8,073 nucleotides of DNA from a virus. Its lineage: Duplodnaviria > Heunggongvirae > Uroviricota > Caudoviricetes. Under the pieces are notes generated by a model, which saw nothing but the letters and a program-made list of their open reading frames with translations, searched no databases and was not told the origin of the DNA. This document shows, piece after piece, positions 1 through 6,068 of this stretch. Location of the stretch: the IMG/VR virus record IMGVR_UViG_3300039367_000078; one strand, written 5' to 3'. Numbering within the stretch: position 1 is the first letter of the stretch; every line of letters starts with the position of its first letter. The position numbers and the translations under genes are program-made.

Positions 1-126
1 CTGCCGTGGCTGGGGAATCATGGTTTGTGGCTGGCATTAACCGTCTTTCTGGCGTTACGCGGGCTTTCTCTGGCGGCTATCTGGCGGCGTCACTGGCGCA
101 ACGGTACCTGGTTTGCCGCAACGTGA
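1..126 (+). CDS. dinF: 3' end of a MATE-family efflux transporter gene (DinF-like), partial; enters from upstream of the window
   Basis: Frame 1 is open from position 1 to TGA at 124..126; translation ...LPWLGNHGLWLALTVFLALRGLSLAAIWRRHWRNGTWFAAT* is hydrophobic and membrane-like. Position immediately upstream of yjbJ and zur matches the lexA-dinF-yjbJ-zur synteny I recall for E. coli. Identity rests on synteny plus a 41-residue tail only. Confidence 0.55.
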   Translation: MPWLGNHGLWLALTVFLALRGLSLAAIWRRHWRNGTWFAAT

Positions 127-166
127 CGGTTAAAAATTCTGAATAAATAATCCTAAGCCAAATTGC

Positions 167-179
167 TGACTACACTTAA
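167..179 (+). promoter_or_regulatory. Candidate sigma-S type -10 element (TGaCTACACTTAA) upstream of yjbJ
   Basis: Sequence tgaCTACACTtaa at 167..179 resembles the extended sigma-S -10 consensus (C at -13, TAnAcT hexamer, TAA downstream) and lies about 60 nt upstream of the yjbJ ATG; yjbJ-type CsbD genes are known stationary-phase genes. Pattern-based only. Confidence 0.3.
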
Positions 180-241
180 TCTCACGTTCAGAAGAAAAGT
201 GAACGTACTCTCATTCACAACCTAACGATGAGGTCTTGATT

Positions 242-451
242 ATGAATAAAGATGAAGCCGGCGGTAACTGGAAACAGTTTAAAGGTAAAGTGAAAGAGCA
301 ATGGGGCAAACTGACCGATGATGATATGACGATCATTGAAGGTAAACGTGATCAACTGGTCGGTAAAATCCAGGAACGCTACGGTTATCAGAAAGATCAG
401 GCAGAAAAAGAGGTTGATAGTTGGGAAAAACGCCATGATTACCGCTGGTAA
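242..451 (+). CDS. yjbJ: CsbD-family general stress protein YjbJ (69 aa)
   Basis: ORF MNKDEAGGNWKQFKGKVKEQWGKLTDDDMTIIEGKRDQLVGKIQERYGYQKDQAEKEVDSWEKRHDYRW; GAGG at 230..233 about 8 nt upstream of ATG 242. The ORF-track start at 236 is a TTG two codons upstream; ATG 242 is preferred on RBS spacing. Sequence matches my recollection of E. coli YjbJ almost residue for residue. Confidence 0.9.
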   Translation: MNKDEAGGNWKQFKGKVKEQWGKLTDDDMTIIEGKRDQLVGKIQERYGYQKDQAEKEVDSWEKRHDYRW

Positions 452-492
452 TTAATCCCTCCTGCCCGACGTGTACAAGGATGTACGCCCTC

Positions 493-1008
493 TTAACGTG
501 ATTTCTTTTTCACCTGTACAGAGTGATCATGCTGGCACTGTTCAGGATGACGACACGCTTCCACTTCCACGCATGCCGCACAGAGTCCATGTGCTTCAAT
601 CACATTATGCCGCAGGGCAAACCCCATTTTTGCCGCCAGCGTATGCATAATGTCTTCCACGCCTTCTGCACATTCTTCTTTCACTGCGCCGCAGCGATCG
701 CAAATAAACATGGCTGACGTATGCGTGGGCTGGTCGAACAGATGACAGAGCACATAACTGTTGGTGGATTCCACCTTATGCACAAAACCTTGCTCAAGCA
801 GAAAATCCAGCGCGCGATAAACCGTTGGCGGCTTGGCTTGCGGTTCAGCTTCGCGCAGCAAATCAAGCAGATCATAAGCGCTGATAGCGCCATCCTGCAG
901 ACTCATCAGGCGCAACACTTCCAGGCGCTGTGGGGTCAGGCGCACATTACGCTGCGCGCAGATTTTTTCAGCCTGCGCTAATAACTCCTGCGTTGTGGTC
1001 TTTTCCAT
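493..1008 (-). CDS. zur: Zinc uptake regulator Zur (Fur family), 171 aa
   Basis: Minus-strand translation from ATG (plus 1006..1008) reads MEKTTTQELLAQAEKICAQRNVRLTPQRLEVLRLMSLQDGAISAYDLLDLL...HGLCAACVEVEACRHPEQCQHDHSVQVKKKSR, which I recognise as E. coli Zur with its Cys/His metal-binding motifs. The ORF-track N-terminal 20-residue extension (MFFLEHGKVRTFLTPTLRCP) is not part of the protein. Confidence 0.93.
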   Translation of the reverse strand: MEKTTTQELLAQAEKICAQRNVRLTPQRLEVLRLMSLQDGAISAYDLLDLLREAEPQAKPPTVYRALDFLLEQGFVHKVESTNSYVLCHLFDQPTHTSAMFICDRCGAVKEECAEGVEDIMHTLAAKMGFALRHNVIEAHGLCAACVEVEACRHPEQCQHDHSVQVKKKSR

Positions 1009-1325
1009 CGGGCACCTCAAAGTGGGGGTTAAGAATGTCCTTACTTTACCATGTTCCAGGAAAAACACCGAGAACCCTTATTGTTGCCGTAATGTTGATT
1101 TTCTGTTTTGTACGTAAGGTGTTGTGTTGCCTGGTCGTACCATTATCAACACGATAATAATTAATACTTCATTTTTAAATAAATTGCTTTAAGTTAACTC
1201 GCTATTTATTTAACTGGGGTTGATCGCATACCTGTACTTCAGAAATTATGAGCGATTTTTGATAGTGAGCAGATGGCAAAAGAATTATAAGGAGGACACG
1301 GTACGACAAAAAAGGTGCGTATATC

Positions 1326-2330
1326 ATGTCAGGTATAATTTCAAGTGCAACAGAATTCTTCAATAATACACTCCATTCAAATCAATACGAAATTAAAGAT
1401 GCGAGCAAAGAAAAAATAAAGGATATATATAATAAATCGGTTGATTATGCAACGATGAGTAATCGCGCTGCGATTATTGCAAAAATAGATTTGTTTATTC
1501 AGAGAATCACCCATAATTTATGGACTGCAAGTGATAATAATGTTTCCTTAATTAAGCGAATAGATGCTCTCAAAAATTGGGTTGAGGAGTGTATTGATCA
1601 GTGCACTAATGAGCAATTAGGTGATCGTGACTATATTTCTGCATTTGTGGATCGGGCGATTTTTCATTACGCGATGAATTTTGTTTGTAATCCAATGGAA
1701 AATAGCGATGTAACTCTAATAGACAAGTGTACTTTCGACGTAATAAATCATAATGGCCTTCCCTCCACGATTCAGCTATTTTATGATAAATCCTATTGTA
1801 AAGCACCTGTAGCGTCATTACATCTAAAAACAGTAAGCGAAGGCTTTTTAAATTTGGAAAATGCATATAATGTAAAGAAAGATACTCGCTTAAGACCCCT
1901 GGCCTCCCTTTTACTTTCATTTTCATATGATAGTGCATCAGCAGATATCATAGGAGCAGCAGAGAGAGTTAATGATGATTGTGAAAACTACATAAAAAGT
2001 CAGATAAAAATATTATCTCGTCAAGTGATGAAAAAAAACCTGGCGGAGCTGAAAGACTTGATAGATAAAAAAGAATTGGATTTTAATGTAATTCTGCAGG
2101 AGATGAAAAATCAGGCCGGAGAAGAAAAAGAAGACATCAAAAACATTACAAAAATGCAGGCTGCAGGTGAGACTTTAATTAAATTTATTCAATCATTTGA
2201 CCCGGACTCAACGGGACCAATTATAATTGGTAAAGATATGGATGACAAAAATATAAATGACAACGATCTAATTAACGAAGATATTATTAAGTTCATTTAT
2301 GTCCTATTAGGTACTGAGTTAGAAAAATAA
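1326..2330 (+). CDS. Hypothetical protein, 334 aa, strongly AT-rich codon usage, no recognisable catalytic motif; occupies the variable zur-dusA interval
   Basis: Long uninterrupted ORF starting at ATG 1326; the in-frame stop at 1266..1268 excludes any longer N-terminus; GGTG at 1314..1317 is about 8 nt upstream. Followed by a strong intrinsic terminator. Protein is rich in Asn/Lys/Ile/Asp with a low-complexity acidic C-terminal third ([32 protein letters not shown]...[20 protein letters not shown]). I cannot place it in any family from sequence alone. Confidence 0.7.
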   Translation: MSGIISSATEFFNNTLHSNQYEIKDASKEKIKDIYNKSVDYATMSNRAAIIAKIDLFIQRITHNLWTASDNNVSLIKRIDALKNWVEECIDQCTNEQLGDRDYISAFVDRAIFHYAMNFVCNPMENSDVTLIDKCTFDVINHNGLPSTIQLFYDKSYCKAPVASLHLKTVSEGFLNLENAYNVKKDTRLRPLASLLLSFSYDSASADIIGAAERVNDDCENYIKSQIKILSRQVMKKNLAELKDLIDKKELDFNVILQEMKNQAGEEKEDIKNITKMQAAGETLIKFIQSFDPDSTGPIIIGKDMDDKNINDNDLINEDIIKFIYVLLGTELEK

Positions 2331-2371
2331 AATGTGAATTTTCCCTATAGCATGGAAGTTTTTACATAAAA

Positions 2372-2399
2372 GAACCCAATATTGATTGGGTTCTTTTTT
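2372..2399 (+). terminator. Rho-independent terminator downstream of the 334-aa gene
   Basis: Perfect 9-bp stem GAACCCAAT (2372..2380) / ATTGGGTTC (2385..2393) with 4-nt loop ATTG, followed by TTTTTT (2394..2399). Confidence 0.75.
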
Positions 2400-2602
2400 C
2401 TCTATCAGTGCTATTAGCAGGGAGAGATATCACCGTAGTTTAATGTGTGATTTTTATTTATCGTCGAACCTGGATTGTTTATCATTGGCCTTAACAAAGC
2501 TAACGGCTAATAAGATTATTTCCATCACTTCGTGAGAGCTTCATGCCTTGAGAGGATCTCAATTTTCTTTTGCAATGAGACAGGCGCTTCCTGTTGTTAT
2601 GG

Positions 2603-2608
2603 TATAGT
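2603..2608 (+). promoter_or_regulatory. Candidate extended -10 element (TGgTATAGT) of the native dusA promoter
   Basis: TGG+TATAGT at 2600..2608, about 85 nt upstream of the dusA-fragment ATG at 2692; no convincing -35 at 17-bp spacing. Weak, pattern-based. Confidence 0.2.
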
Positions 2609-2691
2609 ACCCCGCTATTGAGCCTCCTGAACAGTGATGCTGAATAACATAACTCAATGATATATCGATAAAATAATCTCTACATTTGAAA

Positions 2692-2814
2692 ATGCACGGT
2701 AATTCTGAAATGCAAAAAATCAACCAAACCAGCGCAATGCCTGAAAAAACTGACGTTCACTGGAGTGGTCGGTTTAGCGTTGCACCAATGCTCGATAGGA
2801 TGTACCGTTTTTGA
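2692..2814 (+). pseudogene. dusA: Displaced 5' fragment of tRNA-dihydrouridine synthase A gene (first 35 codons of dusA, then 5 non-native codons and stop)
   Basis: Translation MHGNSEMQKINQTSAMPEKTDVHWSGRFSVAPMLD-RMYRF*. The first 35 residues match the E. coli DusA N-terminus as I remember it (MHGNSEMQKINQTSAMPEKTDVHWSGRFSVAPMLDWTDRH...); similarity stops at 2796/2797. ORF is only 40 codons, so it is absent from the six-frame track. Confidence 0.8.
2770..2800. other. Putative attL junction (crossover region) of a dusA-integrating element
   Basis: The point where the dusA reading frame stops matching DusA (after codon 35, position 2796) marks the chromosome/element boundary; the recombination core should lie in the roughly 20-30 bp ending here. 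Exact limits cannot be set without the other junction or an empty-site sequence. Confidence 0.45.
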
Positions 2815-2871
2815 AAAACAACTAGTTATACACTTTGTGGGAGCCTATTGGGAACCTGAAGTTTTGCTCTT

Positions 2872-2891
2872 TCTATTCATATCTATTCATA
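2872..2891. repeat. Perfect tandem direct repeat, 2 x TCTATTCATA
   Basis: TCTATTCATA at 2872..2881 and again at 2882..2891, about 75-95 bp inside the putative att junction and about 30 bp upstream of the candidate cargo promoter. Confidence 0.85.
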
Positions 2892-2916
2892 AAGCACCAT
2901 TTGCTGCCTTATCTGA

Positions 2917-2945
2917 TTGACCAAAAACAACCGCGGTTATAGACT
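2917..2945 (+). promoter_or_regulatory. Candidate sigma-70 promoter for the two-gene cargo module
   Basis: TTGACC (2917..2922), 17-bp spacer, TAGACT (2940..2945); a CTAAG...CTTAG palindrome (about 2959..2975) lies just downstream near the predicted transcription start; GAGG RBS at 2990..2993 precedes ATG 2999. Confidence 0.3.
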
Positions 2946-2998
2946 TTGCTCCAAATAGCTAAGGCTATTGCTTAGTAAGTAAAACAGTTGAGGTTGCC

Positions 2999-3538
2999 AT
3001 GAATCCGTTTAACGCCATTACTTTTGCTGCATTGTGCGGGCCTCTGGCTTGTCCTGCTGCTATGGCGCAGGAGTTCATCATCCAGCCAGCCCCTGTGATT
3101 GCTAAACCTTTTGAGTACTCTCCTTCTGTTGAGGAATTCTCACGCAAAATGGAAGAGGGTAAGGAGATCTTGCAAAAGTTAACAATTGCAGCAGATGACT
3201 ACTATATCTGTTTGATTGATCTTAATAGCCAAGATGCTCGCGAGTTTGTTTCCAAAAACGGGACAGATACGACAGAGGCATGCGAAATGTTCCTGCGTGC
3301 TTTTGAAGAAGAAGTGAAGCGTACAATTGAATCGCCTCTGCCTGAATTTATCAGGTCAGAACTGAAGGTTTACTGGCGTCATATTGCTAAAGCTCGCTCA
3401 TCTGTCACTCGCCTTAACAATTACATAAAGAGCATATTTAAAGAAACTGTTACTTTTAGCGGGCGCGCGGATCTTGCTGGAATTGCAGCACTAGCTAGTC
3501 ACACATCAAATAAGCTAAAATCGATGCAATTTCACTAA
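2999..3538 (+). CDS. Hypothetical protein, 179 aa; first gene of the cargo pair and candidate non-canonical antitoxin/partner of the YafO-like toxin
   Basis: ORF with GAGG 5 nt upstream of ATG 2999; stop TAA 3536..3538 lies 16 nt before the next ATG. N-terminus (MNPFNAITFAALCGPLACPAAMAQEF) is hydrophobic but has no basic n-region, so it is not a convincing signal peptide. No Phd/YefM, RHH or HTH signature recognisable by eye. Confidence 0.65.
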   Translation: MNPFNAITFAALCGPLACPAAMAQEFIIQPAPVIAKPFEYSPSVEEFSRKMEEGKEILQKLTIAADDYYICLIDLNSQDAREFVSKNGTDTTEACEMFLRAFEEEVKRTIESPLPEFIRSELKVYWRHIAKARSSVTRLNNYIKSIFKETVTFSGRADLAGIAALASHTSNKLKSMQFH

Positions 3539-3554
3539 CCGATAGCGGACGACC

Positions 3555-3989
3555 ATGCATCTAGAAGTCTCTATTAATCCAGAAACTAGAGCTGAATTTT
3601 TTGATGAAGTTTTTCTCAAATTCCCGGAGCTAGAGTCTTCTATCATTGATGATTTCAAGAGATACAAAGCAACCGGTGAGCTTCCGCATTATTTCGGTAG
3701 GGACGTTGCGTATACTCAGCCTTATGGTGCTTTTCGGGCTGGGTTGATGCATATCCATCTTTGTCTACCGCCAAACAAGTTTCCCGAGAAACTTCCACAA
3801 CCGGATAGGGTCTGCAAGAAAGGTGATCCTGATAATGATGCTTGTCTTGTGTATGTCCAAGGTGAGCTTTATGAGAATAAATATTCACTCATTGCTATTA
3901 TGTATCCCGATGCACATGAAAAAGCAAGAAAACATGATGTGATGAGCTATCTGGCGCGAATTGCCCAGAATTATAAAGATGAAAACTAA
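3555..3989 (+). CDS. YafO-family toxin-like protein (putative ribosome-dependent mRNA interferase), 144 aa
   Basis: Translation contains DFKRYKATGELPHYFGRDVAYTQPYG...LMHIHLCLPPNKFP...DACLVYVQGELYENKYSLIAIMYPDAHEKARKHDVMSYLARIAQNY, which aligns by eye with my recollection of E. coli YafO (DFISYKRDGVLPDTFGRDALYDD...VAHIHLANENNPFP...EAHLVYCQGAFDEQAWLLIAILKPEPHKLARDNNQMHKIGKMAEAF). From memory, not verified by search. Confidence 0.65.
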   Translation: MHLEVSINPETRAEFFDEVFLKFPELESSIIDDFKRYKATGELPHYFGRDVAYTQPYGAFRAGLMHIHLCLPPNKFPEKLPQPDRVCKKGDPDNDACLVYVQGELYENKYSLIAIMYPDAHEKARKHDVMSYLARIAQNYKDEN

Positions 3990-4009
3990 CCCGCCGAAGC
4001 GGGTTTTTT
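3989..4009 (+). terminator. Rho-independent terminator closing the cargo module (partly bidirectional, between convergent genes)
   Basis: Stem CCCGC (3990..3994) / GCGGG (3999..4003) with CGAA loop, extendable by A-T pairs, followed by TTTTTT (4004..4009); lies between the convergent stops at 3989 and 4016. Confidence 0.75.
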
Positions 4010-4015
4010 GTGAGA

Positions 4016-4288
4016 TTAGTTATTTATTTTCCTATTTGTTCTTACCCTCTCCCATTCAATTCTGCCTTCTTCACGCCGTTTATCTATATATTCAGCAAGA
4101 TCCTGAATGTTGATGCAGCGCTTTGCTTTCTGTGATGTACCAACACGATAAGTCGGGATCGGCAACTGGCATGCATTTGCTTTCGCTTCTGCTGTGTTAG
4201 GGCTCATACCGAAATACTTTTGGCATACAGCTGACAGCTCAATGTTTGGGGTATTGAATTCAGCCATCAGTAAAAACAAGGTGTTCAT
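4016..4288 (-). CDS. PrtN/AlpA-like small phage transcriptional regulator (pyocin-activator-like), about 90 aa
   Basis: Translation MNTLFLLMAEFNTPNIELSAVCQKYFGMSPNTAEAKANACQLPIPTYRVGTSQKAKRCINIQDLAEYIDKRREEGRIEWERV... resembles PrtN-family proteins (MNT-FLLMAE...CEKYFG...). Start ATG at plus 4286..4288 chosen because GGAG lies 6 nt upstream on the minus strand; the ORF-track start at 4315 is a GTG without RBS. Confidence 0.65.
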   Translation of the reverse strand: MNTLFLLMAEFNTPNIELSAVCQKYFGMSPNTAEAKANACQLPIPTYRVGTSQKAKRCINIQDLAEYIDKRREEGRIEWERVRTNRKINN

Positions 4289-4324
4289 AATTTTCTCCAT
4301 CAAAACCGGCTGCACCCGGGAAAA

Positions 4325-4897
4325 TCATAATTCTGTGCTGGTGGCAGGAATTAATTTCTGCCAGATAGCGGAAACATATTTTGCCTGATGACGGGCATCA
4401 GCCAGGGCGTTGTGCCGTTCGCCATCGAAAGGCATGTCCATTTTGGGGTCGAATCCGATGGAACGCCCAAGCGTAACGATCGTGCGTACATCGTGGTCAT
4501 TCCAGTATGCCCACGGGCAGATTTGTCCTGCTCGCTCATAAGCTCCACGTAAAATTACGTTGTCGAAGGTGGCTCCGTTACCCCAGACTTTTAAATATTT
4601 CGTATTGTCTGCGTGCCGGTTAATGAAATGATTTAGTTCTGAGAGAGCATCGCTGATCGACAAAGTATCATCAATACAGATTGCAGCTCGTGCTTCAGGG
4701 CTTTGTTTCAACCACCACAGGATGGTATCGCCGTCAGGTGTAGCTCCTAGCTTCATAGCACTGTCCAGGCTAACAACCGTATAGAATTCTTGTCCGATGT
4801 CTCCGGTTTCTGGAGTGAAGAACACCGCGCCAATGGAAACGATCGGTGCATCCTTATTTTTCCCCATCGTCTCAAGGTCGATCATTAAGTTGTTCAT
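4325..4897 (-). CDS. DEDDh-type (DnaQ-like) 3'-5' exonuclease, phage-encoded, about 190 aa
   Basis: Exo I motif in MIDLETMG, Exo II-like region around LKVWGNGATFDNVIL and Exo III H-x4-D motif in HNALADARHQAKYV. Start ATG (plus 4895..4897) shares one nucleotide with the upstream stop (TGATG); AAGAGG lies upstream. Confidence 0.8.
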   Translation of the reverse strand: MNNLMIDLETMGKNKDAPIVSIGAVFFTPETGDIGQEFYTVVSLDSAMKLGATPDGDTILWWLKQSPEARAAICIDDTLSISDALSELNHFINRHADNTKYLKVWGNGATFDNVILRGAYERAGQICPWAYWNDHDVRTIVTLGRSIGFDPKMDMPFDGERHNALADARHQAKYVSAIWQKLIPATSTEL

Positions 4898-5706
4898 CAC
4901 TTCACCTCTTGTGATGGTTTTGCTGCAAAATACTCGATACCTTTATCCCAGATAGATTTTATGGTCGACCACGTGACTGGCACTTTAATTTCAATACGTC
5001 CGCTCCCGTCACAGGTATCGCAATCATCATCGCCAAAGCATTCCAGGCAGCTTATAAACGTAGTTTCTGAAAATTCACCGGATAGCGCCCCCTTAGCGCC
5101 GTTCTCGGCTGTTAGTCTCTTCGGCACCATAACCCAACCATCCGGAGTTACCGGAGAGTTGCCAGACAGTGCGTTCTGCAATCGTTCCAGCTTAACGTAT
5201 TCCTGAACCCTGTTTCCGTCGCACGCCTGAAGCCATTGCACAGCCTTTTGCGCATCAGTGTGAAAGGTACAAGTGCGACCGTCATCAAATTGCATTTCGT
5301 AGAGGTCAGCAACCTGTTTAAACTGCGTTTGTGGCAACTTGTAAGCCTGGCTTGCAGGTACGGCACCATAGAGCATGGCAGCTCGGCAGGCGTTCCAGCC
5401 TTCATCAAAACCGACTATGCCATTATTTAAAGATGGACGAGCATCTGGCACCACCGGCACTGGCTTGGCTATATATAGCGGCTGAACATACCAGCCCTTT
5501 GATAACCAACTGTCAGCAATGTTTTTACTCCTAGTTATTGCCGGAATACCTAAGCCATTGTCTGAATGCAGCCATGCCACCGGATCCTCTTCCAGCGATG
5601 CCAGAGCAATTTCATAAGCACGGCGCTCAACATTGTCTCGCACGTCCATGCTGCTGATTCGTTCTTTGATTTCTTTAATCAGTTCTTTATCGGTAAATGT
5701 GGTCAT
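4897..5706 (-). CDS. Hypothetical phage protein, 269 aa, with C-terminal CxxC...CxxC zinc-ribbon-like motif
   Basis: ORF starting ATG (plus 5704..5706) with GGAG upstream; C-terminal segment ISCLECFGDDDCDTCDGSGRIEIKV has two CxxC pairs. Start overlaps the preceding stop by one nucleotide (TAATG). No family recognised. Confidence 0.7.
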   Translation of the reverse strand: MTTFTDKELIKEIKERISSMDVRDNVERRAYEIALASLEEDPVAWLHSDNGLGIPAITRSKNIADSWLSKGWYVQPLYIAKPVPVVPDARPSLNNGIVGFDEGWNACRAAMLYGAVPASQAYKLPQTQFKQVADLYEMQFDDGRTCTFHTDAQKAVQWLQACDGNRVQEYVKLERLQNALSGNSPVTPDGWVMVPKRLTAENGAKGALSGEFSETTFISCLECFGDDDCDTCDGSGRIEIKVPVTWSTIKSIWDKGIEYFAAKPSQEVK

Positions 5707-6068
5707 TATGCTCCAGCCTCCGGTGCTTTTGGCATTACTGCCCAGTGAGTGATATTGACGTTTTCAAGGTCCCCGACCTGAAATGTCCACTGCCATTCTC
5801 CGGTTTCTTTTTGCCCCCATGTATACCAGAGAGAACGCCAGCCAATCAGCCAGCCTTCTCCATTAGCATCAAATAACAGAATACTTTCATTCGCTGGCGG
5901 CAGTTCAGCTGACACTGGTATTACTTTGTTTTCCAGTGCTGCACATTTAGCTTCAAGCGCATCAAATTTACGCACCAGGTACTCAGCATTTGTTTCATTC
6001 ACTTTCAGATCTCGTGGTACACATTTCCCGCGAAGAAACCCTTCCATTTCGAAAACATTCATGCGCAT
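5706..6068 (-). CDS. Small phage protein, 120 aa, Trp-rich (possibly DUF551/YfdS-like)
   Basis: Translation ...ILLFDANGEGWLIGWRSLWYTWGQKETGEWQWTFQVGDLENVNITHWAVMP; GGAG 8 nt upstream of the first ATG (plus 6066..6068); an alternative ATG at 6060..6062 forms an ATGA overlap with the upstream stop. Family assignment from memory and tentative. Confidence 0.65.
   Translation of the reverse strand: MRMNVFEMEGFLRGKCVPRDLKVNETNAEYLVRKFDALEAKCAALENKVIPVSAELPPANESILLFDANGEGWLIGWRSLWYTWGQKETGEWQWTFQVGDLENVNITHWAVMPKAPEAGA

Noticed and set aside
215-436. 73-aa minus-strand ORF
   Set aside because: Lies entirely antisense to yjbJ, which is a confidently recognised gene; hydrophobic low-complexity translation typical of an antisense frame.
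452-492. Short palindrome GTACA-agga-TGTAC between convergent yjbJ and zur as a terminator
   Set aside because: Only a 5-6 bp stem and no U-tract on either side; too weak to call a terminator.
523-1157. Plus-strand ORFs 523..717, 721..981 and 930..1157, and minus-strand ORF 681..893
   Set aside because: All overlap zur (493..1008) in antisense or alternative frames; zur is unambiguous, and these translations are Arg/His/Cys-rich with no RBS support.
1606-1938. 110-aa minus-strand ORF
   Set aside because: Embedded antisense within the 334-aa plus-strand gene; an AT-rich antisense frame with a long open stretch by chance.
2999-3080. Possible signal peptide or lipoprotein signal at the N-terminus of the 179-aa protein
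   Set aside because: The hydrophobic stretch lacks a basic n-region, and the L-A-C context (PLAC) does not fit a lipobox with L/V/I at -3; I treat the protein as probably cytoplasmic, though a prediction tool should check.
2965-3147. 60-aa minus-strand ORF
   Set aside because: Antisense to the 5' end of the 179-aa cargo gene and crosses its promoter/RBS; no independent support.
3655-3888. 77-aa minus-strand ORF
   Set aside because: Antisense inside the YafO-like gene; His/Tyr-rich translation without motifs.
4194-5748. Short ORFs 4194..4388 (+), 4351..4548 (-), 4961..5206 (+), 5148..5408 (-), 5236..5430 (+), 5331..5534 (+), 5566..5748 (+)
   Set aside because: All overlap the PrtN-like, exonuclease or 269-aa genes, which have RBSs, coupled stop/start junctions and recognisable motifs; the overlapping frames do not.
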